Assembly (NCBI GenBank): GCA_036785375.1
Contig: JAWMAR010001184.1
Location: 248,001-312,000 of the forward strand
Length of the DNA stretch: 64,000 nt
Reading direction: 5' to 3'
Source of the DNA: Leucoraja ocellata
Taxonomy: Eukaryota
Of the stretch, positions 1-15,400 are shown in pieces. The position numbers and the translations under genes were made by a program. The number at the start of each line of letters is the position of its first letter. Positions within the stretch are counted from its first letter, which is position 1. The notes beneath the pieces are model-generated. The model was not told the origin of the DNA. It did no database searches and was given only the letters and a program-made list of their open reading frames with translations.

Positions 1-103
1 ATGGGAGGGAGAGATAGATCAGCCATGATTAAATGGCAGAGTCGACTTGTGGGGCCTAATGGCCTACTTCTGCTCCTATCACTTATGACCTTTTAACCTT
101 ATG
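1..103 (+). mobile_element. 3' end of CR1-type LINE/SINE (truncated by window start)
   Basis: GATCAGCCATGATT...GGGCCTAATGGCCTACTTCTGCTCCTAT...CTTATG matches the 3' tail of the CR1 fragment at 60940-61020 in this window. Confidence 0.7.
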
Positions 104-266
104 CACAGAGTTCGGTTTCTGCTGAGTCATATGGAGTTGACACTGGAATCCTGTGATTCCACATGACCATTCAGAACCGACAGCAGGGCAGAGGTGACAA
201 AGGACTGAAACACAATTGATTAACTTTAATATTTTTAATTCCTTCCAAACATTACTTCATTCACTA

Positions 267-340
267 GAGGGCACCTTGGTCGGCATGGATGAATTGGGTA
301 GAAAGGTCTGTTTACTTGATTATAACTATGATAATGACTT
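267..340 (+). mobile_element. degenerate CR1 3'-end fragment
   Basis: GGGCACCTTGGTCGGCATGG...GGTCTGTTT...ACTATGATAATGACT resembles the CR1 tails at 56310-56363 and 59450-59505. Confidence 0.5.
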
Positions 341-407
341 TAATTTCAACAATATTTTCAATTGTGTCTCCATCAAAAAATAATTTAATCTCCATTTTCA
401 TTGATAG

Positions 408-3400
408 CTGAACATTCATCAGCCACAAATTTCAAGACAAGAAGGGATTCAATATCAGAAAGCAACCAAATGCCAGAAGCATCATCAATATCAAATCCTT
501 CAAAAGAAGGAAACTCAGAATCATCTCTAACAGCAGAATCACCCACAAGAGGCAGCTCCCCTCCAGAAACAACACCAAGAAACCAGCAATCATCACAAAA
601 CATCACAAGCACAAAACTTAATTCTTCAGAAAATGTGTCCGTTTCAGAACCACATTTCACGACAGAATTATCAGCAACCACACGCTCCTCATCGGAATCA
701 TATTCCACATCAGTGAAAGCTTCCTCAACAACAGAACCTTCATCAGAATCACATCCTACAATAGCAGCATCCACGATGGCCACATCCTCTCTGGAAACAA
801 CTCCAAAAACCCAGCAATCTTCAAGAACTGAACTATCATCACAATCCAATCCAAGCACAAACAATGTTTCATCAGTCACTGAGTCCTCTTCAGAAACACA
901 TTTAACAACATCAAGTTTATCACAGGCAACTGAGTCCTCAACAGAAACATACTCCAGTTCGACAACGGTTTCATCAAAAACTGAATCACCCTCAGAAAGC
1001 CATCAGACCACAGAAGTGCCTTCAAGCTCCTTGTCCTCATCAAAAACACACCCAACAACATTACAGGAATCATCATCAACAGAGCTTCCAACAACAGCAT
1101 ATCCAACATTGACATCTGCTTCATCTGTTAGTGTGTCCCCATCTGAAACCCACCTAACAACAACACCACTATCATCGCCAACTCAGTCCTCAGCAGAGAC
1201 CTATCCAACAACACAAACATCCACAAACAAACCTTCATCAGAAACGCATCCAACAACAGTGGAGTCGTCAAGCACACAGCATTCAACGCAAGCACATCAA
1301 AGCTCAACAGAAGTTTCATCAGTCACTGTGTCGAGAGTTGAATCCCACTCCACAACCTCACCATTTTCATTGGTTCCTGAATCCCCGTCAGAAACACGTT
1401 CAACATCTGTACAAGCATCAGTGACAACTGAAACTTCATCGGAATCCCATCCAACTACAGAGGCATCTCGAATCACAATGTCCTCTTCGGAAAGACAGCC
1501 AACAGCATATGAATCATCAAGTACAGAGCAGTCAACACAAACTCATGGAACAACATCAGAAATTCCCTCAGAAAGTGCGTCCTCATCAAAAACCCTCGCA
1601 ACAGCAACAACGTCACCTTTGGTCACTGGGAGCTCAGTGGTAACTTATTCTCAATCATCGCAAATCACATCCTCCAACAAATCTGCAACAGTATCACATC
1701 CAACTACAGAAGAATCATCGATCACTGTCTCTTCACCTGAAACCCGTCAGACAAATACACAGGAACCTTTTACATCGGCATATCCAAAGAAAACACAAGC
1801 TTCAACAGAAACTATTTTGACAACAGAAACACATTTAACAACACCAATCTCAAAGGAAACGGAGCCTCCGTCAGTAACCAACCCACGCACAACAGAAGGC
1901 TCATCCACAACAGAATTTTCCTCACCGAATGGTAGACAGGCATCAGCAACCACATTGTCCACAGCTGAAACACGGTCAGAAACGCAGGAATCAATAAGAA
2001 CGGAGCATTCAACACAAACCAATGCAAACACGACACAGAATTCTTCAGAAAGTGTGTCTGTTTCAGAACCACATTTCACAACGCAATTTTCAGTCACAAC
2101 ACATTCCTCATCGGAATCATATTCCACATCAGTGAAAGCTTCCTCAACAACAGAACCTTCATCAGAATCACACCCTACAATAGCAGCATCCACGATGGCC
2201 ACATCCTCTCTGGAAACAACTCCAAAAACCCAGCAATCTTCAAGAACTGAACTATCATCACAATCCAATCCAAGCACAACCAATGTTTCATCAGTCACTG
2301 AGTCCTCTTCAGAAACACATTTAACAACATCAAGTTTATCACAGGCAACTGAGTCCTCAACAGAAACATACTCTAGTTCGACGCCGGTTTCATCAAAAAC
2401 TGAATCACCCTCAGAGAGCCATCAGACCACAGAAGTGCCTTCAAGCTCCTTGTCCTCATCAAAAACACATCCAACAACATTACAGGAATCATCATCAACA
2501 GAGCTTCCAACAACAGCATATCCAACATTGACATCTGCTTCATCTGTTAGTGTGTCCCCATCTGAAACCCACCTAACAACAACACCACTATCATCGCCAA
2601 CTCAGTCCTCAGCAGAGACCTATCCAACAACACAAACATCCACAAACAAACCTTCATCAGAAACACATCCAACAACAGTGGAGTCGTCAAGCACACAGCA
2701 TTCAACGCAAGCACATCAAAGCTCAACAGAAGTTTCATCAGTCACTGTGTCGCCAGTTGAATCCCACTCCACAACCTCATCATTTTCATTGGTTACTGAA
2801 TCCCCGTCAGAAACACGTTCAACATCTGCACAAGCATCAGTGACAACTGAAACTTCATCGGAATCCCATCCAACTACAGAGGCATCTCGAATCACAATGT
2901 CCCCTTCAGAAAGACAGCCAACAGCACATGAATCATCAAGTACAGAGCAGTCAACACAAACTCATGGAACAACATCAGAAATTCCCTCAGAAAGTGCGTC
3001 CTCATCAAAAACCCTCGCAACAGCAACAACGTCACCTTTGGTCACTGGGAGCTCAGCGGTAACTTATTCTCAATCATCGCAAATCACATCCTCCAACAAA
3101 TCTGCAACAGTATCACATCCAACTACAGAAGAATCATCGATCACTGTCTCCTCACCTGAAACACGTCAGACAAATACACAGGAACCTTTTACATCGGCAT
3201 ATCCAAAGACAACACAAGCTTCAACAGAAACTATTTTGACAACAGAAACACATTTAACAACACCAATCTCAAAGGAAACGGAGCCTCCATCAGTAACCTA
3301 CCCACGCACAACAGAAGGCTTATCCACAACAGAATTTTCCTCACGAGCACCGAATGGTAGACAGGCATCAGCAACCACATTGTCCACAGCTGAAACACAG

Positions 3401-6400
3401 TCAGAAACGCAGGAATCAATAAGAACGGAGCATTCAACACAAACCAATGCAAGCACGGCACAGAATTCTTCAGAAAGTGTGTCCGTTTCAGAACCACATT
3501 TCACAACGCAATTTTCAGTCACAACACATTCCTCATCGGAATCATATTCCACATCAGTGAAAGTTTCCTCAACAACAGAACCTTCATCAGAATCACATCC
3601 TACAATAGCAGCATCCACGATGGCCACATCCTCTCTGGAAACAACTCCAAAAACCCAGCAATCTTCAAGAACTGAACTATCATCACAATCCAATCCAAGC
3701 ACAACCAATGTTTCATCGGTCACTGAGTCCTCTTCAGAAACACATTTAACAACATCAAGTTTATCACAGGTAACTGAGTCCTCAACAGAAACATACTCCA
3801 GTTCGACAACGGTTTCATCAAAAACTGAATCACCCTCAGAAAGCCATCAGACCACAGAAGTGCCTTCAAGCTCCTTGTCCTCAACAAAAACACACCCAAC
3901 AACATTACAGGAATCATCATCAACAGAGCTTCCAACAACAGCATATCCAACATTGACATCTGCTTCATCTGTTAGTGTGTCCCCATCTGAAACCCACCTA
4001 ACAACAACACCACTCTCATCGCCAACTCAGTCCTCAGCAGAGACCTATCCAACAACACAAACATCCACAAACAAACCTTCATCAGAAACACATCCAACAA
4101 CAGTGGAGTCGTCAAGCACACAGCATTCAACGCAAGCACATCAAAGCTCAACAGAAGCTTCATCAGTCACTGTGTTGCCAGTTGAATCCCACTCCACAAC
4201 CTCATCATTTTCATTGGTTCCTGAATCCCCGTCAGAAACACGTTCAACATCTGCACAAGCATCAGTGACAACTGAAACTTCATCGGAATCCCATCCAACT
4301 ACAGAGGCATCTCGAATCACAATGTCCCCTTCAGAAAGACAGCCAACAGCACATGAATCATCAAGTACAGAGCAGTCAACACAAACTCATGGAACAACAT
4401 CAGAAATTCCCTCAGAAAGTGCGTCCTCATCAAAAACCCTCGCAACAGCAACAACGTCACCTTTGGTCACTGGGAGCTCAGCGGTAACTTATTCTCAATC
4501 ATCGCAAATCACATCCTCCAACAAATCTGCAACAGTATCACTTCCAACTACAGAAGAATCATCGATCACTGTCTCCTCACCTGAAACACGTCAGACAAAT
4601 ACACAGGAACCTTTTACATCGGCATATCCAAAGACAACACAAGCTTCAACAGAAACTATTTTGACAACAGAAACACATTTAACAACACCAATCTCAAAGG
4701 AAACGGAGCCTCCATCAGTAACCTACCCACGCACAACAGAAGGCTTATCCACAACAGAATTTTCCTCACGAACACCGAATGGTAGACAGGCATCAGCAAC
4801 CACATTGTCCACAGCTGAAACACGGTCAGAAACGCAGGAATCAATAAGAACGGAGCATTCAACACAAACGAATGCAAGCACGACACAGACTTCTTCAGAA
4901 AGTGTGTCCGTTTCAGAACCACATTTCACAACGCAATTTTCAGACACAACACATTCCTCATCGGAATCATATTCCACATCAGTGAAAGCTTCCTCAACAA
5001 CAGAACCTTCATCAGAATCACACCCTACAATAGCAGCATCCACGATGGCCACATCCTCTCTGGAAACAACTCCAAAAACCCAGCAATCTTCAAGAACTGA
5101 ACTATCATCACAATCCAATCCAAGCACAACCAATGTTTCATCAGTCACTGAGTCCTCTTCAGGAACACATTTAACAACATCAAGTTTATCACAGGTAACT
5201 GAGTCCTCAACAGAAACATACTCCAGTTCGACTCCGGTTTCATCAAAAACTGAATCACCCTCAGAGAGCCATCAGACCACAGAAGTGCCTTCAAGCTCCT
5301 TGTCCTCATCAAAAACACATCCAACAACATTACAGGAATCATCATCAACAGAGCTTCCAACAACAGCATATCCAACATTGACATCTGCTTCATCTGTTAG
5401 TGTGTCCCCATCTGAAACCCACCTAACAACAACACCACTATCATCGCCAACTCAGTCCTCAGCTGAGACCTATCCAACAACACAAACATCCACAAACAAA
5501 CCTTCATCAGAAACACATCCAACAACAGTGGAGTCGTCAAGCACACAGCATTCAACGCAAGCACATCAAAGCTCAACAGAAGTTTCATCAGTCACTGTGT
5601 CGCCAGTTGAATCCCACTCCACAACCTCATCATTTTCATTGGTTCCTGAATCCCCGTCAGAAACACGTTCAACATCTGCACAAGCATCAGTGACAACTGA
5701 AATTTCATCGGAATCCCATCCAACTACAGAGGCATCTCGAATCACAGTGTCCTCTTCGGAAAGACAGCCAACAGCACATGAATCATCAAGTACAGAGCAG
5801 TCAACACAAACTCATGGAACAACATCAGAAATTCCCTCAGCAAGTGCGTCCTCATCAAAAACCCTCGCAACAGCAACAACGTCACCTTTGGTCACTGGGA
5901 GCTCAGCGGTAACTTATTCTCAATCATCGCAAATCACATCCTCCAACAAATCTGCAACAGTATCACATCCAACTACAGAAGAATCATCGATCACTGTCTC
6001 CTCACCTGAAACACGTCAGACAAATACACAGGAACCTTTTACATCGGCATATCCAAAGACAACACAAGCTTCAACAGAAACTATTTTGACAACAGAAACA
6101 CATTTGAGAACACCAATCTCAAAGGAAACGGAACCTCCATCAGTAACCTACCCACGCACAACAGAAGGCTTATCCACAACAGAATTTTCCTCACGAGCAC
6201 CGAATGGTAGACAGGCATCAGCAACCACATTGTCCACAGCTGAAACACGGTCAGAAACGCAGGAATCAATAAGAACGGAGCATTCAACACAAACCAATGC
6301 AAGCACGGCACAGAATTCTTCAGAAAGTGTGTCCGTTTCAGAACCACATTTCACAACGCAATTTTCAGTCACAACACATTCCTCATCGGAATCATATTCC

Positions 6401-9400
6401 ACATCAGTAAAAGCTTCCTCAACAACAGAACCTTCATCAGAATCACACCCTACAATAGCAGCATCCACGGTGGCCACATCCTCTCTGGAAACAACTCCAA
6501 AAACCCAGCAATCTTCAAGAACTGAACTATCATCACAATCCAATCCAAGCACAACCAATGTTTCATCGGTCACTGAGTCCGCTTCAGAAACACATCTAAC
6601 AACATCAAGTTTATCACAGGCAACTGAGTCCTCAACAGAAACATACTCCAGTTCGACACCGGTTTCATCAAAAACGGAATCACCCTCAGAAAGCCATCAG
6701 ACCACAGAAGAGCCATCAAGCTCCTTGTCCTCATCAAAAACACATCCAACAACATTACAGGAATCATCATCAACAGAGCTTCCAACAACAGCATATCCAA
6801 CATTGACATCTGCTTCATCTGTTAGTGTGTCCCCATCTGAAACCCACCTAACAACAACACCACTATCATCGCCAACTCAGTCCTCAGCAGAGACCTATCC
6901 AATAACACAAACATCCACAAACAAACCTTCATCAGAAACACATCCAACAACAGTGGAGTCGTCAAGCACACAGCATTCAACGCAAACACATCAAAGCTCA
7001 GCAGAAGTTTCATCAGTCACTGTGTCGCCAGTTGAATCCCACTCCACAAGCTCATCATTTTCATTGGTTACTCAATCCGCTTCAGAAACACGTTCAACAT
7101 CTGCACAAGCATCAGTGAAAACTGAAACTTCATCGGAATCCCATCCAACTACAGAGGCATCTCGAATCACAATGTCCCCTTCAGAAAGACAGCCAACAGC
7201 ACATGAATCATCAAGTACAGAGCAGTCAACACAAACTCATGGAACAACATCAGAAATTCCCTCAGAAAGTGCGTCCTCATCAAAAACCCTCGCAACAGCA
7301 ACAACGTCACCTTTGGTCACTGGGAGCTCAGCGGTAACTTATTCTCAATCATCGCAAATCACATCCTCCAACAAATCTGCAACAGTATCACTTCCAACTA
7401 CAGAAGAATCATCGATCACTGTCTCCTCACCTGAAACACGTCAGACAAATACACAGGAACCTTTTACATCGGCATATCCAAAGACAACACAAGCTTCAAC
7501 AGAAACTATTTTGACAACAGAAACACATTTAACAACACCAATCTCAAAGGAAACGGAGCCTCCATCAGTAACCTACCCACGCACAACAGAAGGCTTATCC
7601 ACAACAGAATTTTCCTCACCAACACCGAATGGTAGACAGGCATCAGCAACCACATTGTCCACAGCTGAAACACGGTCAGAAACGCAGGAATCAATAAGAA
7701 CGGAGCATTCAACACAAACCAATGCAAACACGACACAGACTTCTTCAGAAAGTGTGTCCGTTTCAGAATCACATTTCACAACGCAATTTTCAGACACAAC
7801 ACATTCCTCATCGGAATCATATTCCACATCAGTGAAAGCTTCCTCAACAACAGAACCTTCATCAGAATCACACCCTACAATAGCAGCATCCACGATGGCC
7901 ACATCCTCTCTGGAAACAACTCCAAAAACCCAGCAATCTTCAAGAACTGAACTATCATCACAATCCAATCCAAGCACAACCAATGTTTCATCAGTCACTG
8001 AGTCCTCTTCAGGAACACATTTAACAACATCAAGTTTATCACAGGTAACTGAGTCCTCAACAGAAACATACTCCAGTTCGACATCGGTTTCATCAAAAAC
8101 TGAATCACCCTCAGAGAGCCATCAGACCACAGAAGTGCCTTCAAGCTCCTTGTCCTCATCAAAAACACATCCAACAACATTACAGGAATCATCATCAACA
8201 GAGCTTCCAACAACAGCATATCCAACATTGACATCTGCTTCATCTGTTAGTGTGTCCCCATCTGAAACCCACCTAACAACAACACCACTATCATCGCCAA
8301 CTCAGTCCTCAGCTGAGACCTATCCAACAACACAAACATCCACAAACAAACCTTCATCAGAAACACATCCAACAACAGTGGAGTCGTCAAGCCCACAGCA
8401 TTCAACGCAAGCACATCAAAGCTCAACAGAAGTTTCATCAGTCACTGTGTCGCCAGTTGAATCCCACTCCACAACCTCATCATTTTCATTGGTTCCTGAA
8501 TCCCCGTCAGAAACACGTTCAACATCTGCACAAGCATCAGTGACAACTGAAACTTCATCGGAATCCCATCCAACTACAGAGGCATCTCGAATCACAGTGT
8601 CCTCTTCGGAAAGACAGCCAACAGCACATGAATCATCAAGTACAGAGCAGTCAACACAAACTCATGGAACAACATCAGAAATTCCCTCAGAAAGTGCGTC
8701 CTCATCAAAAACCCTCGCAACAGCAACAACGTCACCTTTGGTCACTGGGAGCTCAGCGGTAACTTATTCTCAATCATCGCAAATCACATCCTCCAACAAA
8801 TCTGCAACAGTATCACATCCAACTACAGAAGAATCATCGATCACTGTCTCCTCACCTGAAACACGTCAGACAAATACACAGGAACCTTTTACATCGGCAT
8901 ATCCAAACACAACGCAAGCTTCAACAGAACCTATTTTGACAACAGAAACACATTTAACAACACCAATCTCAAAGGAAACGGAGCCTCCATCAGTAACCTA
9001 CCCACGCACAACAGAAGGCTTATCCACAACAGAATTTTCCTCACCAACACCGAATGGTAGACAGGCATCAGCAGCCACATTGTCCACAGCTGAAACACGG
9101 TCAGAAACGCAGGAATCAATAAGAACGGAGCATTCAACACAAACCAATGCAAACACGACACAGAATTCTTCAGAAAGTGTGACTGTTTCAGAACCACATT
9201 TTAAAACGCAATTTTCAGTCACAACACATTCCTCATCGGAATCATATTCCACATCAGTGAAAGCTTCCTCAACAACAGAACCTTCATCAGAATCACATCC
9301 TACAATAGCAGCATCCACGATGGCCACATCCTCTCTGGAAACAACTCCAAAAACCCAGCAATCTTCAAGAACTGAACTATCATCACAATCCAATCCAAGC

Positions 9401-12400
9401 ACAACCAATGTTTCATCAGCCACTGAGTCCTCTTCAGAAACACATTTAACAACATCAAGTTTATCACAGGTAACTGAGTCCTCAACAGAAACATACTCCC
9501 GTTCGACACCGGTTTCATCAAAAATTGAATCACCCTCAGGAAGCCATCAGACCACAGAAGTGCCTTCAAGCTCCTTGTCCTCATCAAAAACACACCCAAC
9601 AACATTACAGGAATCATCATCAACAGAGCTTACAACAACAGCATATCCAACATTGACATCTGCTTCATCTGTTAGTGTGTCCCCATCTGAAACCCACCTA
9701 ACAACAACACCACTATCATCGCCAACTCAGTCCTCAGCAGAGACCTATCCAATAACACAAACATCCACAAACAAACCTTCATCAGAAACACATCCAACAA
9801 CAGTGGAGTCGTCAAGCACACAGCATTCAACGCAAACACATCAAAGCTCAACAGAAGTTTCATCAGTCACTGTGTCGCCAGTTGAATCCCACTCCACAAG
9901 CTCATCATTTTCATTGGTTACTCAATCCGCTTCAGAAACACGTTCAACATCTGCACAAGCATCAGTGAAAACTGAAACTTCATCGGAATCCCATCCAACT
10001 ACAGAGGCATCTCGAATCACAATGTCCCCTTCAGAAAGACAGCCAACAGCACATGAATCATCAAGTACAGAGCAGTCAACACAAACTCATGGAACAACAT
10101 CAGAAATTCCCTCAGAAAGTGCGTCCTCATCAAAAACCCTCGCAACAGCAACAACGTCACCTTTGGTCACTGGGAGCTCAGCGGTAACTTATTCTCAATC
10201 ATCGCAAATCACATCCTCCAACAAACCTGCAACAGTATCACTTCCAACTACAGAAGAATCATCGATCACTGTCTCCTCACCTGAAACACGTCAGACAAAT
10301 ACACAGGAACCTTTTACATCGGCATATCCAAAGACAACACAAGCTTCAACAGAAACTATTTTGACAACAGAAACACATTTAACAACACCAATCTCAAAGG
10401 AAACGGAGCCTCCATCAGTAACCTACCCACGCACAACAGAAGGCTTATCCACAACAGAATTTTCCTCACGAACACCGAATGGTAGACAGGCATCAGCAAC
10501 CACATTGTCCACAACTGAAACACGGTCAGAAACGCAGGAATCAATAAGAACGGAGCATTCAACACAAACCAATGCAAACACGACACAGACTTCTTCAGAA
10601 AGTGTGTCCGTTTCAGAATCACATTTCACAACGCAATTTTCAGACACAACACATTCCTCATCGGAATCATATTCCACATCAGTGAAAGCTTCCTCAACAA
10701 CAGAACCTTCATCAGAATCACACCCTACAATAGCAGCATCCACGATGGCCACATCCTCTCTGGAAACAACTCCAAAAACCCAGCAATCTTCAAGAACTGA
10801 ACTATCATCACAATCCAATCCAAGCACAACCAATGTTTCATCAGTCACTGAGTCCTCTTCAGGAACACATTTAACAACATCAAGTTTATCACAGGTAACT
10901 GAGTCCTCAACAGAAACATACTCCAGTTCGACATCGGTTTCATCAAAAACTGAATCACCCTCAGAGAGCCATCAGACCACAGAAGTGCCTTCAAGCTCCT
11001 TGTCCTCATCAAAAACACATCCAACAACATTACAGGAATCATCATCAACAGAGCTTCCAACAACAGCATATCCAACATTGACATCTGCTTCATCTGTTAG
11101 TGTGTCCCCATCTGAAACCCACCTAACAACAACACCACTATCATCGCCAACTCAGTCCTCAGCTGAGACCTATCCAACAACACAAACATCCACAAACAAA
11201 CCTTCATCAGAAACACATCCAACAACAGTGGAGTCGTCAAGCCCACAGCATTCAACGCAAGCACATCAAAGCTCAACAGAAGTTTCATCAGTCACTGTGT
11301 CGCCAGTTGAATCCCACTCCACAACCTCATCATTTTCATTGGTTCCTGAATCCCCGTCAGAAACACGTTCAACATCTGCACAAGCATCAGTGACAACTGA
11401 AACTTCATCGGAATCCCATCCAACTACAGAGGAATCTCGAATCACAGTGTCCTCTTCGGAAAGACAGCCAACAGCACATGAATCATCAAGTACAGAGCAG
11501 TCAACACAAACTCATGGAACAACATCAGAAATTCCCTCAGAAAGTGCGTCCTCATCAAAAACCCTCGCAACAGCAACAACGTCACCTTTGGTCACTGGGA
11601 GCTCAGCGGTAACTTATTCTCAATCATCGCAAATCACATCCTCCAACAAATCTGCAACAGTATCACATCCAACTACAGAAGAATCATCGATCACTGTCTC
11701 CTCACCTGAAACACGTCAGACAAATACACAGGAACCTTTTACATCGGCATATCCAAACACAACGCAAGCTTCAACAGAACCTATTTTGACAACAGAAACA
11801 CATTTAACAACACCAATCTCAAAGGAAACGGAGCCTCCATCAGTAACCTACCCACGCACAACAGAAGGCTTATCCACAACAGAATTTTCCTCACCAACAC
11901 CGAATGGTAGACAGGCATCAGCAGCCACATTGTCCACAGCTGAAACACGGTCAGAAACGCAGGAATCAATAAGAACGGAGCATTCAACACAAACCAATGC
12001 AAACACGACACAGAATTCTTCAGAAAGTGTGACTGTTTCAGAACCACATTTTAAAACGCAATTTTCAGTCACAACACATTCTTCATCGGAATCATATTCC
12101 ACATCAGTGAAAGCTTCCTCAACAACAGAACCTTCATCAGAATCACATCCTACAATAGCAGCATCCACGATGGCCACATCCTCTCCGGAAACAACTCCAA
12201 AAACCCAGCAATCTTCAAGAACTGAACTATCATCACAATCCAATCCAAGCACAACCAATGTTTCATCAGTCACTGAGTCCTCTTCAGGAACACATTTAAC
12301 AACATCAAGTTTATCACAGGTAACTGAGTCCTCAACAGAAACATACTCCAGTTCGACATCGGTTTCATCAAAAACTGAATCACCCTCAGAGAGCCATCAG

Positions 12401-15400
12401 ACCACAGAAGTGCCTTCAAGCTCCTTGTCCTCATCAAAAACACATCCAACAACATTACAGGAATCATCATCAACAGAGCTTCCAACAACAGCATATCCAA
12501 CATTGACATCTGCTTCATCTGTTAGTGTGTCCCCATCTGAAACCCACCTAACAACAACACCACTATCATCGCCAACTCAGTCCTCAGCTGAGACCTATCC
12601 AACAACACAAACATCCACAAACAAACCTTTATCAGAAACACATCCAACAACAGTGAAGTCGTCAAGCACACAGCATTCAACGCAAGCACATCAAAGCTCA
12701 ACAGAAGTTTCATCAGTCACTGTGTCGCCAGTTGAATCCCACTCCACAACCTCATCATTTTCATTGGTTCCTGAATCCCCGTCAGAAACACGTTCAACAT
12801 CTGCACAAGCATCAGTGACAACTGAAACTTCATCGGAATCCCATCCAACTACAGAGGAATCTCGAATCACAGTGTCCTCTTCGGAAAGACAGCCAACAGC
12901 ACATGAATCATCAAGTACAGAGCAGTCAACACAAACTCATGGAACAACATCAGAAATTCCCTCAGAAAGTGCGTCCTCATCAAAAACCCTCGCAACAGCA
13001 ACAACGTCACCTTTGGTCACTGGGAGCTCAGCGGTAACTTATTCTCAATCATCGCAAATCACATCCTCCAACAAATCTGCAACAGTATCACATCCAACTA
13101 CAGAAGAATCATCGATCACTGTCTCCTCACCTGAAACACGTCAGACAAATACACAGGAACCTTTTACATCGGCATATCCAAACACAACGCAAGCTTCAAC
13201 AGAACCTATTTTGACAACAGAAACACATTTAACAACACCAATCTCAAAGGAAACGGAGCCTCCATCAGTAACCTACCCACGCACAACAGAAGGCTTATCC
13301 ACAACAGAATTTTCCTCACCAACACCGAATGGTAGACAGGCATCAGCAGCCACATTGTCCACAGCTGAAACACGGTCAGAAACGCAGGAATCAATAAGAA
13401 CGGAGCATTCAACACAAACCAATGCAAACACGACACAGAATTCTTCAGAAAGTGTGACTGTTTCAGAACCACATTTTAAAACGCAATTTTCAGTCACAAC
13501 ACATTCCTCATCGGAATCATATTCCACATCAGTGAAAGCTTCCTCAACAACAGAACCTTCATCAGAATCACATCCTACAATAGCAGCATCCACGATGGCC
13601 ACATCCTCTCCGGAAACAACTCCAAAAACCCAGCAATCTTCAAGAACTGAACTATCATCACAATCCAATCCAAGCACAACCAATGTTTCATCAGTCACTG
13701 AGTCCTCTTCAGGAACACATTTAACAACATCAAGTTTATCACAGGTAACTGAGTCCTCAACAGAAACATACTCCAGTTCGACATCGGTTTCATCAAAAAC
13801 TGAATCACCCTCAGAGAGCCATCAGACCACAGAAGTGCCTTCAAGCTCCTTGTCCTCATCAAAAACACATCCAACAACATTACAGGAATCATCATCAACA
13901 GAGCTTCCAACAACAGCATATCCAACATTGACATCTGCTTCATCTGTTAGTGTGTCCCCATCTGAAACCCACCTAACAACAACACCACTATCATCGCCAA
14001 CTCAGTCCTCAGCTGAGACCTATCCAACGACACAAACATCCACAAACAAACCTTTATCAGAAACACATCCAACAACAGTGAAGTCGTCAAGCACACAGCA
14101 TTCAACGCAAGCACATCAAAGCTCAACAGAAGTTTCATCAGTCACTGTGTCGCCAGTTGAATCCCACTCCACAACCTCATCATTTTCATTGATTCCTGAA
14201 TCCCCGTCAGAAACACGTTCAACATCTGCACAAGCATCAGTGACAACTGAAACTTCATCGGAATCCCATCCAAATACAGAGGCATCTCGAATCACAATGT
14301 CCCCTTCAGAAAGACAGCCAACAGCACATGAATCATCAAGTACAGAGCAGTCAACACAAACTCATGGAACAACATCAGAAATTCCCTCAGAAAGTGCGTC
14401 CTCATCAAAAACCCTCGCAACAGCAACAACGTCACCTTTGGTCACTGGGAGCTCAGCGGTAACTTATTCTCAATCATCGCAAATCACATCCTCCAACAAA
14501 TCTGCAACAGTATCACATCCAACTACAGAAGAATCATCAATCACTGTCTCCTCACCTGAAACACGTCAGACAAATACACAGGAACCTTTTACATCGGCAT
14601 ATCCAAAGACAACACAAGCTTCAACAGAAACTATTTTGACAACAGAAACACATTTAACAACACCAATCTCAAAGGAAACGGAGCCTCCATCAGTAACCTA
14701 CCCACGCACAACAGAAGGCTTATCCACAACAGAATTTTCCTTACCAACACCGAATGGTAGACAGGCATCAGCAACCACATTGTCCACAGCTGAAACACGG
14801 TCAGAAACGCAGGAATCAATAAGAACGGAGCATTCAACACAAACCAATGCAAGCACGACACAGAATTCTTCAGAAAGTGTGTCCGTTTCAGAACCACATT
14901 TCACAACGCAATTTTCAGTCACAACACATTCCTCATCGGAATCATATTCCACATCAGTGAAAGCTTCCTCAACAACAGAACCTTCATCAGAATCACACCC
15001 TACAATAGCAGCATCCACGATGGCCACATCCTCTCTGGAAACAACTCCAAAAACCCAGCAATCTTCAAGAACTGAACTATCATCACAATCCAATCCAAGC
15101 ACAACCAATGTTTCATCAGTCACTGAGTCCTCTTCAGAAACACATTTAACAACATCAAGTTTATCACAGGCAACTGAGTCCTCAACAGAAACATACTCCA
15201 GTTCGACATCGGTTTCATCAAAAACTGAATCACCCTCAGAAAGCCATCAGACCACAGAGTTGCCTTCAAGCTCCTTGTCCTCATCAAAAACACATCCAAC
15301 AACATTACAGGAATCATCATCAACAGAGCTTCCAACAACAGCATATCCAACATTGACATCTGCTTCATCTGTTAGTGTGTCCCCATCTGAAACCCACCTA

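Noticed and set aside
430-450. KTRR as a furin site near the N-terminus
   Set aside because: It lacks the P4 Arg of the R-x-x-R consensus and has no other support.
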